Shown piece by piece: positions 16,664 to 26,746 of a stretch of 64,000 nt of DNA. The notes beneath the pieces were generated by a model that saw only the letters and a program-made list of their open reading frames with translations, had not been told where the DNA came from and searched no databases. The position numbers and the translations under genes were made by a program. The DNA comes from an uncultured Desulfospira sp. Its GTDB lineage: Bacteria > Desulfobacterota > Desulfobacteria > Desulfobacterales > Desulfobacteraceae. Positions within the stretch are counted from its first letter, which is position 1, and every line of letters starts with the position of its first letter. The DNA lies in NCBI GenBank assembly GCA_963663165.1, contig OY760175.1:4448001-4512000 (forward strand), written 5' to 3'.

Positions 16664-19658
16664 GCGTTAACGGCGGCCGGTTTTCCTTTTCAAGGGCCTG
16701 ATTGGCGTCTTCAAGGCGTTCCTTGCTGGAAATCACACAAACGCCTTTTTCTTTGTCATCAATATTAAAATAATTTTGGGCAATCTGCTGGATTTTCTGT
16801 TTGTCCAGCCTGAGCAGCTCATCCTTGAAATGTTTACGGATCTCGTCGGACAATTGGGTGATATCCCGGTAAAATGCCTTCATGGCGGCAGGCCCCGGGG
16901 TTTCAGGTTTGTCAATGTCCGAACAGACCTGGAGAATGGCCTCTTTAACATCGGTGGGGGTATATTCCCCCTTCATGATAAAGTCACAGGCGCTTTTATA
17001 AACATCCAGGGTCTGCTTGATATGGGGGTCCCGGTAGGACCCAAAGGAAAAAACTCCCTCTTCGGTGTTGTACATGGCAAACCCGCCGTAAGCCCCGCCT
17101 TTTTCCCTGATTTCCCGGTGAAGGTATAAGGAACGCAGCAGCTTGCTGATTACCGAAAGGCCGGGAGAATCGTCATGGGTGATCTTCACGGCCTTAAATG
17201 ACTGGCCTACGAAGGAGACGGCGGTATTGGTATACCACCCCTCATTGGGCAGGCGGGTGTCGTTGGAGATATCCGGGGTATGAAACGCCGGCTTGGTGGT
17301 ATTGGGAAGCCCTTGGTAAATCCGGTCTATATTCTTTTCTGAGGCCAGAATGGATTGGCCCGAGCCCACCAGGGCCGGTTTAAAATTGCCTTTCCGGAAC
17401 AGGGCCTGGGCAATCCGGGTAAAATCGGATTCAAGGGAATCCAGGGTTTTGGGCTTTTCAATTTTTGCAATGATATCCTGGATGGCCTTGTACTGGGCAA
17501 TGCCATGCCAGAGTTCATTAATGTAGGCCGCTTTGGACAGATGGCGGGCCGAAAGGGACACGGCATACCGGTGGCCGGTGGACACAATAGACGCCTGAAT
17601 GCCGGCCTGATATTGGAGAAGCAGGCTTTTAATCCGATCATGGTCCTTGAACCCATACCCGTGGACAAACTCCCGAATCAGTTCAAACAGTTTATCCACA
17701 TTCCGGTCCAGGGCCTTCCCCTGAAGGGCCAGAAAAGAATGAAATCCGCCCTGCTCACTGAAATAGGTGCCGGAAAACGGGGACATGGTAATGCCGCCGG
17801 TATAAAGGTCCATGTCTTCGGCCATTTTTTCATAGCCATATTGCTGGGTGCCGCAGTTGGTAAACACCCGGCTGAAAAAAGGCACCAGGGGGAACAGGGA
17901 AGGCTCAATCAGCCCTGCCCCCACAGGACAGGTAAAATAAAGAATCCCCGACGTCGGCTTATTGTACGCCGCTGACAGGCAAACGCCATCCATGCGGTCC
18001 GGCCGGATCATTTCAATTTCCGGCGGCACATCGGACAGTTCCAGGGTGGGCAGGACCGTGACATCCTCTTCCTGTTCCTGGAGAGCTTCCAACGCCTTGC
18101 TCTGGGCTTTGATCTGCTCAATGTCCTCAGGGGTCAGTTCCTTGAGTTTGGCCGCCAATTCGGCTTTTATCCGGTTAAGTTCCCTGTTTTCAAGATCAGG
18201 GTCGGGTTCCAGGGTGAACAGCAGCCGGTGGGGGTTGTCAATAAAATAGGCTTTGATCTTGTTTTCAAGGAACGGGCCCTGGTCTGTCAGGGTTTTGAGC
18301 CGCTTTATATCATCGTCAATGTTAATGCAGGCCACCGGGTCGCCGCCGTGGATCATGGTTCCGGCAAAGGTCAGCAGCAGCTTGATGCCGAAAGGATAGG
18401 GCGTATTGGTGATTTCCTTTCTGTGGAATTCAATCTGATGGATGGCCGATTCGATAAGCCGCTTATCAATCCCGTTGTCAACAAGGTCATTTAAGGTTGA
18501 AAAGATGATGTCTTCCACTTTTTTGACCGAGTCTTTGGTGATGTCCTTGAGGCCGCATGAAAACATGGTGTCCCGGTTATCCGAATCAAACCCGGAAGAG
18601 TCTGACAGGGCAGACCCCAGTTTTGAATCAATCAGGGCTTTTCGCAATGGGGAGGCCGAGTTGCCCAGAAGAATCTGCTCTAAGACGGCCAGGACCAGAA
18701 TTTCAAATGAATCGCGTATGTCGCAGGTCAGCCAGGCCACACAGCCTTGATATTTTTTGTCGATTTCCTCCAGGTCTGAAAAGGGATAGGCCTGGGTTCT
18801 GGTCCTGGGGGCATCCCAGCGGGGCTGGGGGGCCACCGCTGAATCCACCTCAAGAAAATCAAACCGGTCCAGTGCCTTTTGGGAAATAAATTCAAGGGTG
18901 TCTTGAAGGGGCAGGTTGCCGTAAGTATAAAAAAAAGAATTTGAGGGATGATAGTATTCGGCGTGGAAATCTTTCAACCCCTGCCAGGTCAGGTTTGGGA
19001 TGTCCGAAGGCTCGCCGCCGGAGTTGTTGCTGTAGGTGGTGTCCGGGTATAGCCCGGCCATAAGGGACCGGCCCAGGACCTGGCCCGGAGATGACATGGC
19101 CCCTTTCATCTCGTTATAAACCACCCCTTTGTACTCAAGCTCAGCAGAATCGTCTTCACCGGGGACAATGTCCAGCCGGTGGCCTTCCTGCCTGAAACTG
19201 AGTTCATCAATATTGGGAAAAAACGCGGCGTCCAGATAGACCTCCATGAGGTTGTAGTAATCCTTGCGGTTCTGGGAGGAAAACGGATACATGGTCCAGT
19301 CTGACGCGGTAAATGCATTCATGAACGTGGACAGGCTGCGCTTGATCATGGAAAAGAACGGATCCCTGACCTTGAATTTCTCAGACCCGCACAGGACCGT
19401 ATGCTCAAGAATGTGGGCCACGCCCGTGGAATCTTTGGGCACGGTTCTGAAAAATACGCCAAAGGTGTTTTCTTTGTCCTTGTTGGCAATATGAATATGA
19501 GTGGCTTTGGTTTGTTCATGAACCAGAAGAATCAGTTCCGAGCCGATGGCCGGCAGGGATTCGGTTTTAATGACCTGGTACCCTTTGATTTTCTGGCCTG
19601 TTGTTAACGACTGGATGCCGGTGGTATGGTTTTCCATTGATTTTGTTTTGTACCTCAT
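16650..19658 (-). CDS. M16C Zn-metallopeptidase (presequence protease/insulinase family)
   Basis: HILEHTVLCGSEKF, FMNAFT, GVVYNEMKG, IREKGGAYG, SYRDP; start may be 19637. Confidence 0.95.
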   Translation of the reverse strand: MRYKTKSMENHTTGIQSLTTGQKIKGYQVIKTESLPAIGSELILLVHEQTKATHIHIANKDKENTFGVFFRTVPKDSTGVAHILEHTVLCGSEKFKVRDPFFSMIKRSLSTFMNAFTASDWTMYPFSSQNRKDYYNLMEVYLDAAFFPNIDELSFRQEGHRLDIVPGEDDSAELEYKGVVYNEMKGAMSSPGQVLGRSLMAGLYPDTTYSNNSGGEPSDIPNLTWQGLKDFHAEYYHPSNSFFYTYGNLPLQDTLEFISQKALDRFDFLEVDSAVAPQPRWDAPRTRTQAYPFSDLEEIDKKYQGCVAWLTCDIRDSFEILVLAVLEQILLGNSASPLRKALIDSKLGSALSDSSGFDSDNRDTMFSCGLKDITKDSVKKVEDIIFSTLNDLVDNGIDKRLIESAIHQIEFHRKEITNTPYPFGIKLLLTFAGTMIHGGDPVACINIDDDIKRLKTLTDQGPFLENKIKAYFIDNPHRLLFTLEPDPDLENRELNRIKAELAAKLKELTPEDIEQIKAQSKALEALQEQEEDVTVLPTLELSDVPPEIEMIRPDRMDGVCLSAAYNKPTSGILYFTCPVGAGLIEPSLFPLVPFFSRVFTNCGTQQYGYEKMAEDMDLYTGGITMSPFSGTYFSEQGGFHSFLALQGKALDRNVDKLFELIREFVHGYGFKDHDRIKSLLLQYQAGIQASIVSTGHRYAVSLSARHLSKAAYINELWHGIAQYKAIQDIIAKIEKPKTLDSLESDFTRIAQALFRKGNFKPALVGSGQSILASEKNIDRIYQGLPNTTKPAFHTPDISNDTRLPNEGWYTNTAVSFVGQSFKAVKITHDDSPGLSVISKLLRSLYLHREIREKGGAYGGFAMYNTEEGVFSFGSYRDPHIKQTLDVYKSACDFIMKGEYTPTDVKEAILQVCSDIDKPETPGPAAMKAFYRDITQLSDEIRKHFKDELLRLDKQKIQQIAQNYFNIDDKEKGVCVISSKERLEDANQALEKENRPPLTLNKI

Positions 19659-19750
19659 GGGCAGTCCTCAGGTTCAATCAGGGGACCTGCCGGAACCATA
19701 AATAAAACATAATCCCGGGGTGTAAGCCGGGAACTTTTAAAAATCAGGCC

Positions 19751-20113
19751 TTAGATTTTTTTATAAATGCCCCGCCTGACTTTTTCGATTTTTCCTATTT
19801 TATCGAGCCTGAAAATAATATTCCTTAATTTTTTGTCATCATACCCTGTGGCGGCTTTGATGGTCTTAAAATTGGTGCCGTCAGTGTAATTTGAAATGAC
19901 TTCCAGCACGATGGCAGAAGCACTTTTCTTTTTGGCCGTTTTCTGCATGGGCTCTTTTTTCGTTCCGAGCGGCTTTTGGTATATCAGTTGTTCTAACCGG
20001 TCAAGCCTGTGGTGCAGATCCTGGATGTCGCCTTTGGTGGGGATGTCCAGACGATGAAAAAGTACTTTTACAAATCCTTCCCAGCTGGTTCCGATTTCTT
20101 CATTTGTTTCCAT
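19751..20113 (-). CDS. Hypothetical protein: phasin-like coiled segment plus C-terminal winged helix
   Basis: LDIPTKGDIQDLHHRLDRLE, then a Lys-rich linker, then IKAATGYDDKKLRNIIFRLDKIGKIEKVRRGIY; AGGAG RBS. Confidence 0.7.
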   Translation of the reverse strand: METNEEIGTSWEGFVKVLFHRLDIPTKGDIQDLHHRLDRLEQLIYQKPLGTKKEPMQKTAKKKSASAIVLEVISNYTDGTNFKTIKAATGYDDKKLRNIIFRLDKIGKIEKVRRGIYKKI

Positions 20114-20362
20114 ATCAATCTCCTTTCCCGGGTTGCCTTTGGCCCGAAAGATGTTGCCCTATTCCGCTATTTATGTTGAATACTTCGGTTTATTGAAGTA
20201 TAGAATAGGGTCTGTAAGAATTAATTGTCTACGGCAATAATATAAAATTACTTTGTTAACTAGGAAAAGTCAAATATTATATTTCAAGGAAAGAAAGTAA
20301 TCCCTTTGCGGGGAGTTTGAGGGGAATGCACCCTTAACTCTCTGGTAAATCAGGTGGATAGA

Positions 20363-21241
20363 ATGACCCATCCAGGACAGATACTCAAACGTGAAAAACT
20401 CTATGCCGGAAAGGAAATGGGGCAGAATTTCCTTTCAGACCCGGCCACGGCTCAAATGATAGTAGACCGGACAGGGATCACAAAAGATACAAGAGTCTTG
20501 GAGATCGGCCCGGGATTGGGGGCTTTGACCGTGCATATCGCAGCTGTATCCGATTGGGTGACCGTGGTTGAAAAAGACCGGCGCCTGGTCCCATTGCTTG
20601 CCCGGGAACTTGAAGACAGGCAGATTTCTCATGTCCATATTTTAAATCAGGACATTCTTAAGACAGATATACCGGGGTTGGCCAAAGGCGGCCATTTGAC
20701 CGTTATTGGGAACCTGCCCTATAATATTTCTTCCCAGATTCTGTTCGGGCTTGTGAAAAACAGGCAGGTTGTGGACAAGGCCTTTTTAATGTTTCAAAAG
20801 GAGCTGGCCCTTAGGATTGTGGCTGATCCCGGCAGTAAAGATTTTTCCAGGCTTTCTGCCGTGGCCGGGTATGCGGCCAGAATCCGTTTTCTAGCCCATG
20901 TGGGCCCGGCGTCATTTTTCCCTAGACCGGATGTGGATTCAACGGTTTTGGAGTTTGATTTCATAAAAGACACAGGGCTCGAAGGGGGTAAGGAAGATCT
21001 GCTATTTTCAGTGATCAAGGCCGCGTTTTCACAGCGCAGAAAGTCGTTGAAGAATTCCCTGGCCGGAAAAGAGATCGGGCTGGATAAGGCCCAATCTATC
21101 CAGGCCCTGGAACTGGCCGGCATTGACCCCCAAAGACGGGCAGAAACCCTGTGCGTGGCAGAATTTATCAGCCTGACCCGGGCCGTCTGGGATGTGTGTA
21201 AAAAAATGGATTATAATAAAAATCAACTTAATATAATGTGA
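20363..21241 (+). CDS. rsmA: 16S rRNA m6,2A dimethyltransferase
   Basis: GQNFL, LEIGPGLGALT, GNLPYNIS, FSQRRK, RRAETL. Confidence 0.97.
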   Translation: MTHPGQILKREKLYAGKEMGQNFLSDPATAQMIVDRTGITKDTRVLEIGPGLGALTVHIAAVSDWVTVVEKDRRLVPLLARELEDRQISHVHILNQDILKTDIPGLAKGGHLTVIGNLPYNISSQILFGLVKNRQVVDKAFLMFQKELALRIVADPGSKDFSRLSAVAGYAARIRFLAHVGPASFFPRPDVDSTVLEFDFIKDTGLEGGKEDLLFSVIKAAFSQRRKSLKNSLAGKEIGLDKAQSIQALELAGIDPQRRAETLCVAEFISLTRAVWDVCKKMDYNKNQLNIM

Positions 21242-21252
21242 AAGGATAAACC

Positions 21253-22482
21253 ATGATCCGAGCCAACGAAAATTATCAAAAATTAAAAGCGTCCTATCTC
21301 TTTTCCGATATTGCCAAAAGAGTAGAGGAATTTCAGAACAGCCATCCGGATACCCGGATTATCCGGTTGGGTATCGGTGATGTGACCCGGGCCCTTCCCG
21401 ATGCGGTGATCAAAGGCTTTCATGAGGGCGTGGATGAAATGGCCCATGACGCCACCTTCAAGGGGTACGGCCCGGAACAGGGATATGCATTTTTAAGGGA
21501 AAAAATTGCGGCCCATGATTTTCAGGCCAAGGGCGCGGATGTTCATCCGGAGGAAATTTTTGTCAGCGATGGGGCCAAATGCGATACCGGCAATTTCCAG
21601 GAGCTGTTTGCCACGGATATTACCATTGCCATCCCGGACCCGGTTTATCCGGTATACCTGGACACCAATGTCATGGCCGGACGGACCGGCGGATTTGAAA
21701 ACGGCCGGTACGGGTCTGTGGTGTATATGGATTGCCTTAAAGAAAATAAGTTTCTTCCCCTCCTGCCCGACCAGAACGTGGACCTGATCTATCTTTGTTT
21801 TCCCAACAATCCCACGGGTGCGACCGCCACAACATCGGACTTAAAGGAATGGGTGGATTATGCCATAAAAAATAAGGCCCTGATTCTGTTTGACGCGGCC
21901 TATGAGTCCTTTATCCGGGACGATTCCCTGCCAAAGTCTATTTATGAAATTGAGGGCGCAAGGCAGGTGGCCGTCGAATTCCGCAGTTTTTCCAAAACCG
22001 CCGGGTTTACCGGGACAAGGTGCGGTTTCACCGTGGTCCCCAAAGAGTGCATGGTATACACCAGCCAGGGGGAAAGCGTTTCATTGCATGGGCTGTGGAA
22101 CCGGCGTCAGAGCACCAAATTCAACGGGGTCTCCTATCCGGTTCAAAAAGCGGCTGAAGCCGCCTATTCTCCAGAGGGTCAGGCCCAGATCAAGGAGTTT
22201 GTAGATTCTTATATGGCCAATGCCGATGTCATCAGAAAAACCATGGGGGCTCTGGGATTTGAATGCTATGGCGGCGACAATTCGCCTTATATCTGGATTG
22301 ACGGCCAGGGACGGGATTCCTGGGACTTCTTTGACCTGCTGCTCAACAAGGCCGGTGTGGTCTGTACGCCAGGCGGCGGATTTGGAAAATGCGGGGAACA
22401 GTACATCCGGATTTCTGCGTTTAACAGCCACGCGAATGTTGCTGAGGCTATGGAAAGGGTCAAAGCTGCTTTGAAGCCCTAA
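21253..22482 (+). CDS. dapL: LL-diaminopimelate aminotransferase
   Basis: [59 protein letters not shown]. Confidence 0.96.
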   Translation: MIRANENYQKLKASYLFSDIAKRVEEFQNSHPDTRIIRLGIGDVTRALPDAVIKGFHEGVDEMAHDATFKGYGPEQGYAFLREKIAAHDFQAKGADVHPEEIFVSDGAKCDTGNFQELFATDITIAIPDPVYPVYLDTNVMAGRTGGFENGRYGSVVYMDCLKENKFLPLLPDQNVDLIYLCFPNNPTGATATTSDLKEWVDYAIKNKALILFDAAYESFIRDDSLPKSIYEIEGARQVAVEFRSFSKTAGFTGTRCGFTVVPKECMVYTSQGESVSLHGLWNRRQSTKFNGVSYPVQKAAEAAYSPEGQAQIKEFVDSYMANADVIRKTMGALGFECYGGDNSPYIWIDGQGRDSWDFFDLLLNKAGVVCTPGGGFGKCGEQYIRISAFNSHANVAEAMERVKAALKP

Positions 22483-22587
22483 CATTATTTTAACTTTGGT
22501 TTAATCCTTAGGTAACCAAGTTTCTTTACCATGGTCTTCGTCAAAACCGAATGTCGATTCCAATGAACAATTAAAGTTGGAGGCCGT

Positions 22588-23001
22588 ATGACCATGGAGA
22601 CCATGTATATCCCGTCCCCGGAAGAACCGTATATGAATGCAAGGCAGATCGCCTATTTCAGGGACAAGCTGGCAGCTCATAAAATTGCGCTGACCGGGAA
22701 AATCGAAACCACATTGAACAAGATTAAAACCCTGAAGACGGTCCAGGCCGATATCCTGGACAGAAGTAATTCCATGATCAGCCTTGAGGCTGAAGTCTGT
22801 GCTTTTGAACGGTATATCGGGCAGGTTAAACAAATTGAAAAAGCGCTTGAGCGGATAGAAAGCGGTGATTTTGGATACTGTGAGCTGACCGGTGAGGAAA
22901 TTGGCTTAAAGCGTCTGGAAGTCATGCCCTTTGCAACCATGTCCATCAAAGCCCTGGAAAATCTGGAAGCCGAATCCCGGCAGAGAGCTTACCTGGCATA
23001 A
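22588..23001 (+). CDS. dksA: DksA/TraR family protein, one-cysteine (non-Zn-finger) type
   Basis: YIPSPEEPYMNARQ.AYFR, tip DILDRS, ALERIESGDFGYCELTGEEIGLKRL. Confidence 0.85.
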   Translation: MTMETMYIPSPEEPYMNARQIAYFRDKLAAHKIALTGKIETTLNKIKTLKTVQADILDRSNSMISLEAEVCAFERYIGQVKQIEKALERIESGDFGYCELTGEEIGLKRLEVMPFATMSIKALENLEAESRQRAYLA

Positions 23002-23050
23002 AAACAGCGGGCCGCCAAGCCATATACCAAGTTTATTTATCAACCAGTTT

Positions 23051-23092
23051 AAATTAAAAAAGGACAGCAAAAATGCTGTCCTTTTTTAATTT
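23051..23092. terminator. Bidirectional intrinsic terminator
   Basis: aaattaaaaaaggacagca-aaaa-tgctgtccttttttaattt between convergent dksA and ompA-like genes. Confidence 0.9.
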
Positions 23093-23129
23093 ATTTCTGC
23101 GGTTTAAAACCGCTGTGCTCTATATTCTG

Positions 23130-24299
23130 TTAGTAAGGATGAATCTCAACCCTTCTGTTCAGGGAGCGTCCAAACTTGGTTTCATTGAGGGCAACGGGTT
23201 TTGAGAAACCAAAGCCTGTGGTGGCCAGCCGGTTTCTGGCAACGCCTTTGTCAACCATATAAGCGGCTACAGCGTTTGCCCGTCTCAGCGAAAGGCCCTG
23301 GTTGTATTTTTCAGGGCCGATATTATCGGTGTGACCCTGGAGTTCCACGCTCATGGCAGGATTCTCTTTCAGGATTTTAACCACCGCATCCAGCTGGGGT
23401 AATGCTTCGGCTTTAATTACGGCCTTGTCAAAGTCAAACAGGACGTTGTCAAGGAACCAGCAGCCAACAGCGTTAACTTTTGCACCTCTGGGAGTTCCGG
23501 GGCATTTGTCTTCATCATCATAGACGCCGTCACCGTCAGAATCTTTTCTGCCCTCGGTGGTCACAACGGGTTTGGGTGCTGGCGGCGCAGGGGCATCTTT
23601 TTCTTCAAGGAAAACGTCTGTTACAAATGCTGTCATCCCGGCAGCTGTCAGGACTTCATCTGCAGTCAGGGATTTGCCGCAGCCGCCGATTTTGGCAACT
23701 TCTTCAAGCAGGGCCTGACCTTCAGCGCTCTCACCAACCTGGATTGTATAGATGCACAGGGTGTCGCCATATTTGTCTTTAAGGGCCTGGGCTTTGGAGG
23801 CAGACGCTTTCATCTGAAGGCCATCTGAAATAATGATGACAACATTTCTGCTTCCGCTTAATCCTTCAAAATCAGCTATGGTGGCTTTTAAGGCACCGCT
23901 GAGAGGGCTGTTCCCGCCAGGTTTGGAAATAGGGCCAAGTTTGGCACCCAGGTCTGCGGTGGCATATGGCGCCATGCCGTAGAAAAGGTTGGTGTCTTTC
24001 TTGCAGACAGCCGGATGGTGACCGAAAGATCTTAAACCGGCGGTTTGTCCCATCTCAGGAATGGTCAGGTTCATCCGGTTGGCCACGGCTTTGGCAACGT
24101 CGAACTTGGCATTGGTTTCCATGGAGCTGGAAGCATCAAGGATAATCAGGAAATTATCCACCTTTGAAACGTAATTGTCCGTATCAATGGTCTGGGCTGA
24201 AAAGGACGGCAGATTGGCCGGCTGCTGGGCCGCGCATCCAAAGAAAAACAGCAGTGCAAATAGGGACAAAAGGGTCTGAACTACAAACTTCTTTTTCAT
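23130..24299 (-). CDS. OmpA-family lipoprotein with VWA domain and TSP3-like Ca-binding repeat
   Basis: Lipobox FFFGC, MIDAS DASSS, DSDGDGVYDDEDKCP, GHTD..G..YN..LS.RRA, NRRVE. Confidence 0.9.
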   Translation of the reverse strand: MKKKFVVQTLLSLFALLFFFGCAAQQPANLPSFSAQTIDTDNYVSKVDNFLIILDASSSMETNAKFDVAKAVANRMNLTIPEMGQTAGLRSFGHHPAVCKKDTNLFYGMAPYATADLGAKLGPISKPGGNSPLSGALKATIADFEGLSGSRNVVIIISDGLQMKASASKAQALKDKYGDTLCIYTIQVGESAEGQALLEEVAKIGGCGKSLTADEVLTAAGMTAFVTDVFLEEKDAPAPPAPKPVVTTEGRKDSDGDGVYDDEDKCPGTPRGAKVNAVGCWFLDNVLFDFDKAVIKAEALPQLDAVVKILKENPAMSVELQGHTDNIGPEKYNQGLSLRRANAVAAYMVDKGVARNRLATTGFGFSKPVALNETKFGRSLNRRVEIHPY

Positions 24300-24443
24300 G
24301 TTTCACCTCATTAAAAATTTAGCATTTTCGGTCTAAAAAACCGTATATACTGTGCATTTGAATTGCAAAATACCTTAATTTTTATACAGGAATAAATGGT
24401 AGAAATCAACTCTCTTTTGATAAGTGTCTTTTTTTTCATTGTT

Positions 24444-25754
24444 TTATTTAGCTAATTCCTGCTTTATGGCCACGGCCAGTTTGCGAATGGTAAACGGTTT
24501 CTTAATATACTGCCCGGCCCCGAGTTCCAGGGCTTTTCTAACCCTTTCATTTTCCGCATATCCGCTGGCAATGATCGCTTTCTGTCCGGGGTTGATTTCA
24601 AGGGCCCCTTCAAAGGTTTCCAATCCGTCGATTCCCCGGTCCATTTTCATGTCCAGGAGTAAAAGGTCCATGGGATTCTTTTCTAGGAAAGCCAGGGCAT
24701 TTTTTCCTCCATTGGCAGAAAAAGGGGAATACCCCAGCATCTCAAGGACTCCCTTGGCAATTTTTCTTTGCTCTTTGATGTCATCAATGACCAGTATTTT
24801 TTCCTGGTTTCCCCTGAAATCCTCAATCCGGATATCCTCGGGCACGTATCCGGATTTGTTCCGGGTGGCCGGGAAATAGAGGTCGAAAACCGTTCCCTGA
24901 TCTTTCTGGCTGGTTACGTCGATATAGCCGTTATGGTCCTTTACCGTATTCCAGACCACGGACAGCCCAAGTCCGGACCCGCTTCTTCCCATCTTCTTTT
25001 TGGTATAAAAGGGTTCAAATATCCGTTCAAGATCCGGTTTGGATATGCCCTGCCCGTCATCACTGACCCGGAGGATGACATATTCCCCCTCGCTAATCTG
25101 ATCACACCCGCAAACGGGCCGTTCAACATACCGGTTAAAGGTTTCTATGGTTACACACCCTGCAATGGCCACGGCCTCTGCCGCATTCATGACCAGATTC
25201 ATGACTATTTTGGAAATGTGGGCCCCGGAACCGTTGATGTCCATGAGGTCCGGTTCTGAGTCCGTCTTAAACAGCACATGGGGGTAATTTAGTTCCAGCT
25301 GCTGATGGGTCGGACTGTTTAAGTATTCATGGACCACATTATTCAAATTGATCACATCCCCTTTTTTGACCTTGCTCCGGGTCAGGGTCAACAGATCCTG
25401 TACAATGGCCGCAGCCTTTGTCCCTGAATCGTGGATGAATTTGATGGGGTCGACAAGGGGACTGTCTTTTTCTAATTGATGAAGCAGAACTTCAGGGTAG
25501 GAAACCAGGCCTGAAAGAATATTATTCAAGTCATGGGCCACCTCACCGGCCATGATGCCGATCAGTTCCATTCTCTCAGACCGCTTGAGCTTCGTTTCCA
25601 GATTTTCTATTTTTTCAGTTAAAATCCGGATTTGTTCCGCCATGTCCGAAGGCCGGTCAACAGCGTTGTCAACTGCCTGGTCTTCGGCGATCTGTTTTTC
25701 GGAATAATTTTCCATCATTTGGTTTCTTTTGGGGCTTGTAAATTCAGAATTCAC
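24444..25754 (-). CDS. Cytoplasmic hybrid sensor histidine kinase (HisKA-HATPase-REC)
   Basis: VAHDLNNIL, NLVMNA, DDGQG, FEPFYTKK, GSGLGL, receiver ILVIDD...LLDM...KP. Confidence 0.92.
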   Translation of the reverse strand: MNSEFTSPKRNQMMENYSEKQIAEDQAVDNAVDRPSDMAEQIRILTEKIENLETKLKRSERMELIGIMAGEVAHDLNNILSGLVSYPEVLLHQLEKDSPLVDPIKFIHDSGTKAAAIVQDLLTLTRSKVKKGDVINLNNVVHEYLNSPTHQQLELNYPHVLFKTDSEPDLMDINGSGAHISKIVMNLVMNAAEAVAIAGCVTIETFNRYVERPVCGCDQISEGEYVILRVSDDGQGISKPDLERIFEPFYTKKKMGRSGSGLGLSVVWNTVKDHNGYIDVTSQKDQGTVFDLYFPATRNKSGYVPEDIRIEDFRGNQEKILVIDDIKEQRKIAKGVLEMLGYSPFSANGGKNALAFLEKNPMDLLLLDMKMDRGIDGLETFEGALEINPGQKAIIASGYAENERVRKALELGAGQYIKKPFTIRKLAVAIKQELAK

Positions 25755-25899
25755 TTTTTTAATAGCGTTTCATCGCCATCTGTTCAAGGTTTATTTTAAA
25801 ATGGTGCATAAAACTAAACAGATTCAAACTTGCAAATCACAGGTACACATTATATACGAAAGGCTGGCCCCGGCTCGTAATGGCAATTAACAAAGGAAA

Positions 25900-26736
25900 A
25901 TGTTTGAGATGGAAATATACCAGGGAATCATATTGGGAATTTTACAGGGACTCACCGAATTTCTGCCCGTGAGCAGTTCAGGGCATCTGGTCCTTGGCCA
26001 GCTTTATTTTGGAATCAAAGAATCGGTCCTGTCCTTTGACATCAGCGTTCATATGGGGACCCTGGCCGCGGTGCTGGTGGTTTATTTTTCAGATATCAAG
26101 GCCATATTGGCCTCAATGGCTTCCTGCCTTTCCCGGCGGATGCAGGGCCGGGCGGTCCGTCATTTGTTCAACGAGGACCCGAACCTGAAATTTGCCCTGA
26201 TGATCATTATCGGGTCCGTGCCCACGGCTTTGATCGGTCTTGTGATCAAAAAATTTGAACATCTGCTCTTTACTTCTTCTCTGGTGGTCGGGTTGATGCT
26301 GATCCTGACCGGATCTGTTTTATGGGCGTCCAGAAAATTTTACCAGCCCCGTGAATCCGGAGCCGGGCTTAACGTGAAACGGGCGGTATTGATCGGGATT
26401 ACTCAAGGCCTTGCCGTGATTCCGGGGATCTCCCGGTCGGGCAGCACCATCGCCGCAGGCATGTTTGCCGGGCTTGACCGGTCCCAGGCTGCCCGGTTTT
26501 CTTTTCTACTGTCCGTTCCGGCCATATTCGGGGCAGAACTCTTAAGTGTGAAAGAATCCTTAAAAAATGGCCTGGCTATTGATCCTGCAACGGTTTGTGG
26601 TACAATTGTATCGTTTTTGACCGGCCTTGCGGCTTTAAAATTACTATTAAAACTGGTTCATACAGGAAAGTTTCACCTGTTTGCCCCTTACTGTTGGCTG
26701 GCCGGGGCCCTTGCCCTGCTGTCCAACCTGATTTAA
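25900..26736 (+). CDS. uppP: Undecaprenyl-diphosphate phosphatase
   Basis: QGLTEFLPVSSSGH, PGISRSGSTI, AARFSFLL. Confidence 0.96.
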   Translation: MFEMEIYQGIILGILQGLTEFLPVSSSGHLVLGQLYFGIKESVLSFDISVHMGTLAAVLVVYFSDIKAILASMASCLSRRMQGRAVRHLFNEDPNLKFALMIIIGSVPTALIGLVIKKFEHLLFTSSLVVGLMLILTGSVLWASRKFYQPRESGAGLNVKRAVLIGITQGLAVIPGISRSGSTIAAGMFAGLDRSQAARFSFLLSVPAIFGAELLSVKESLKNGLAIDPATVCGTIVSFLTGLAALKLLLKLVHTGKFHLFAPYCWLAGALALLSNLI

Positions 26737-26746
26737 AGGAGGGATC

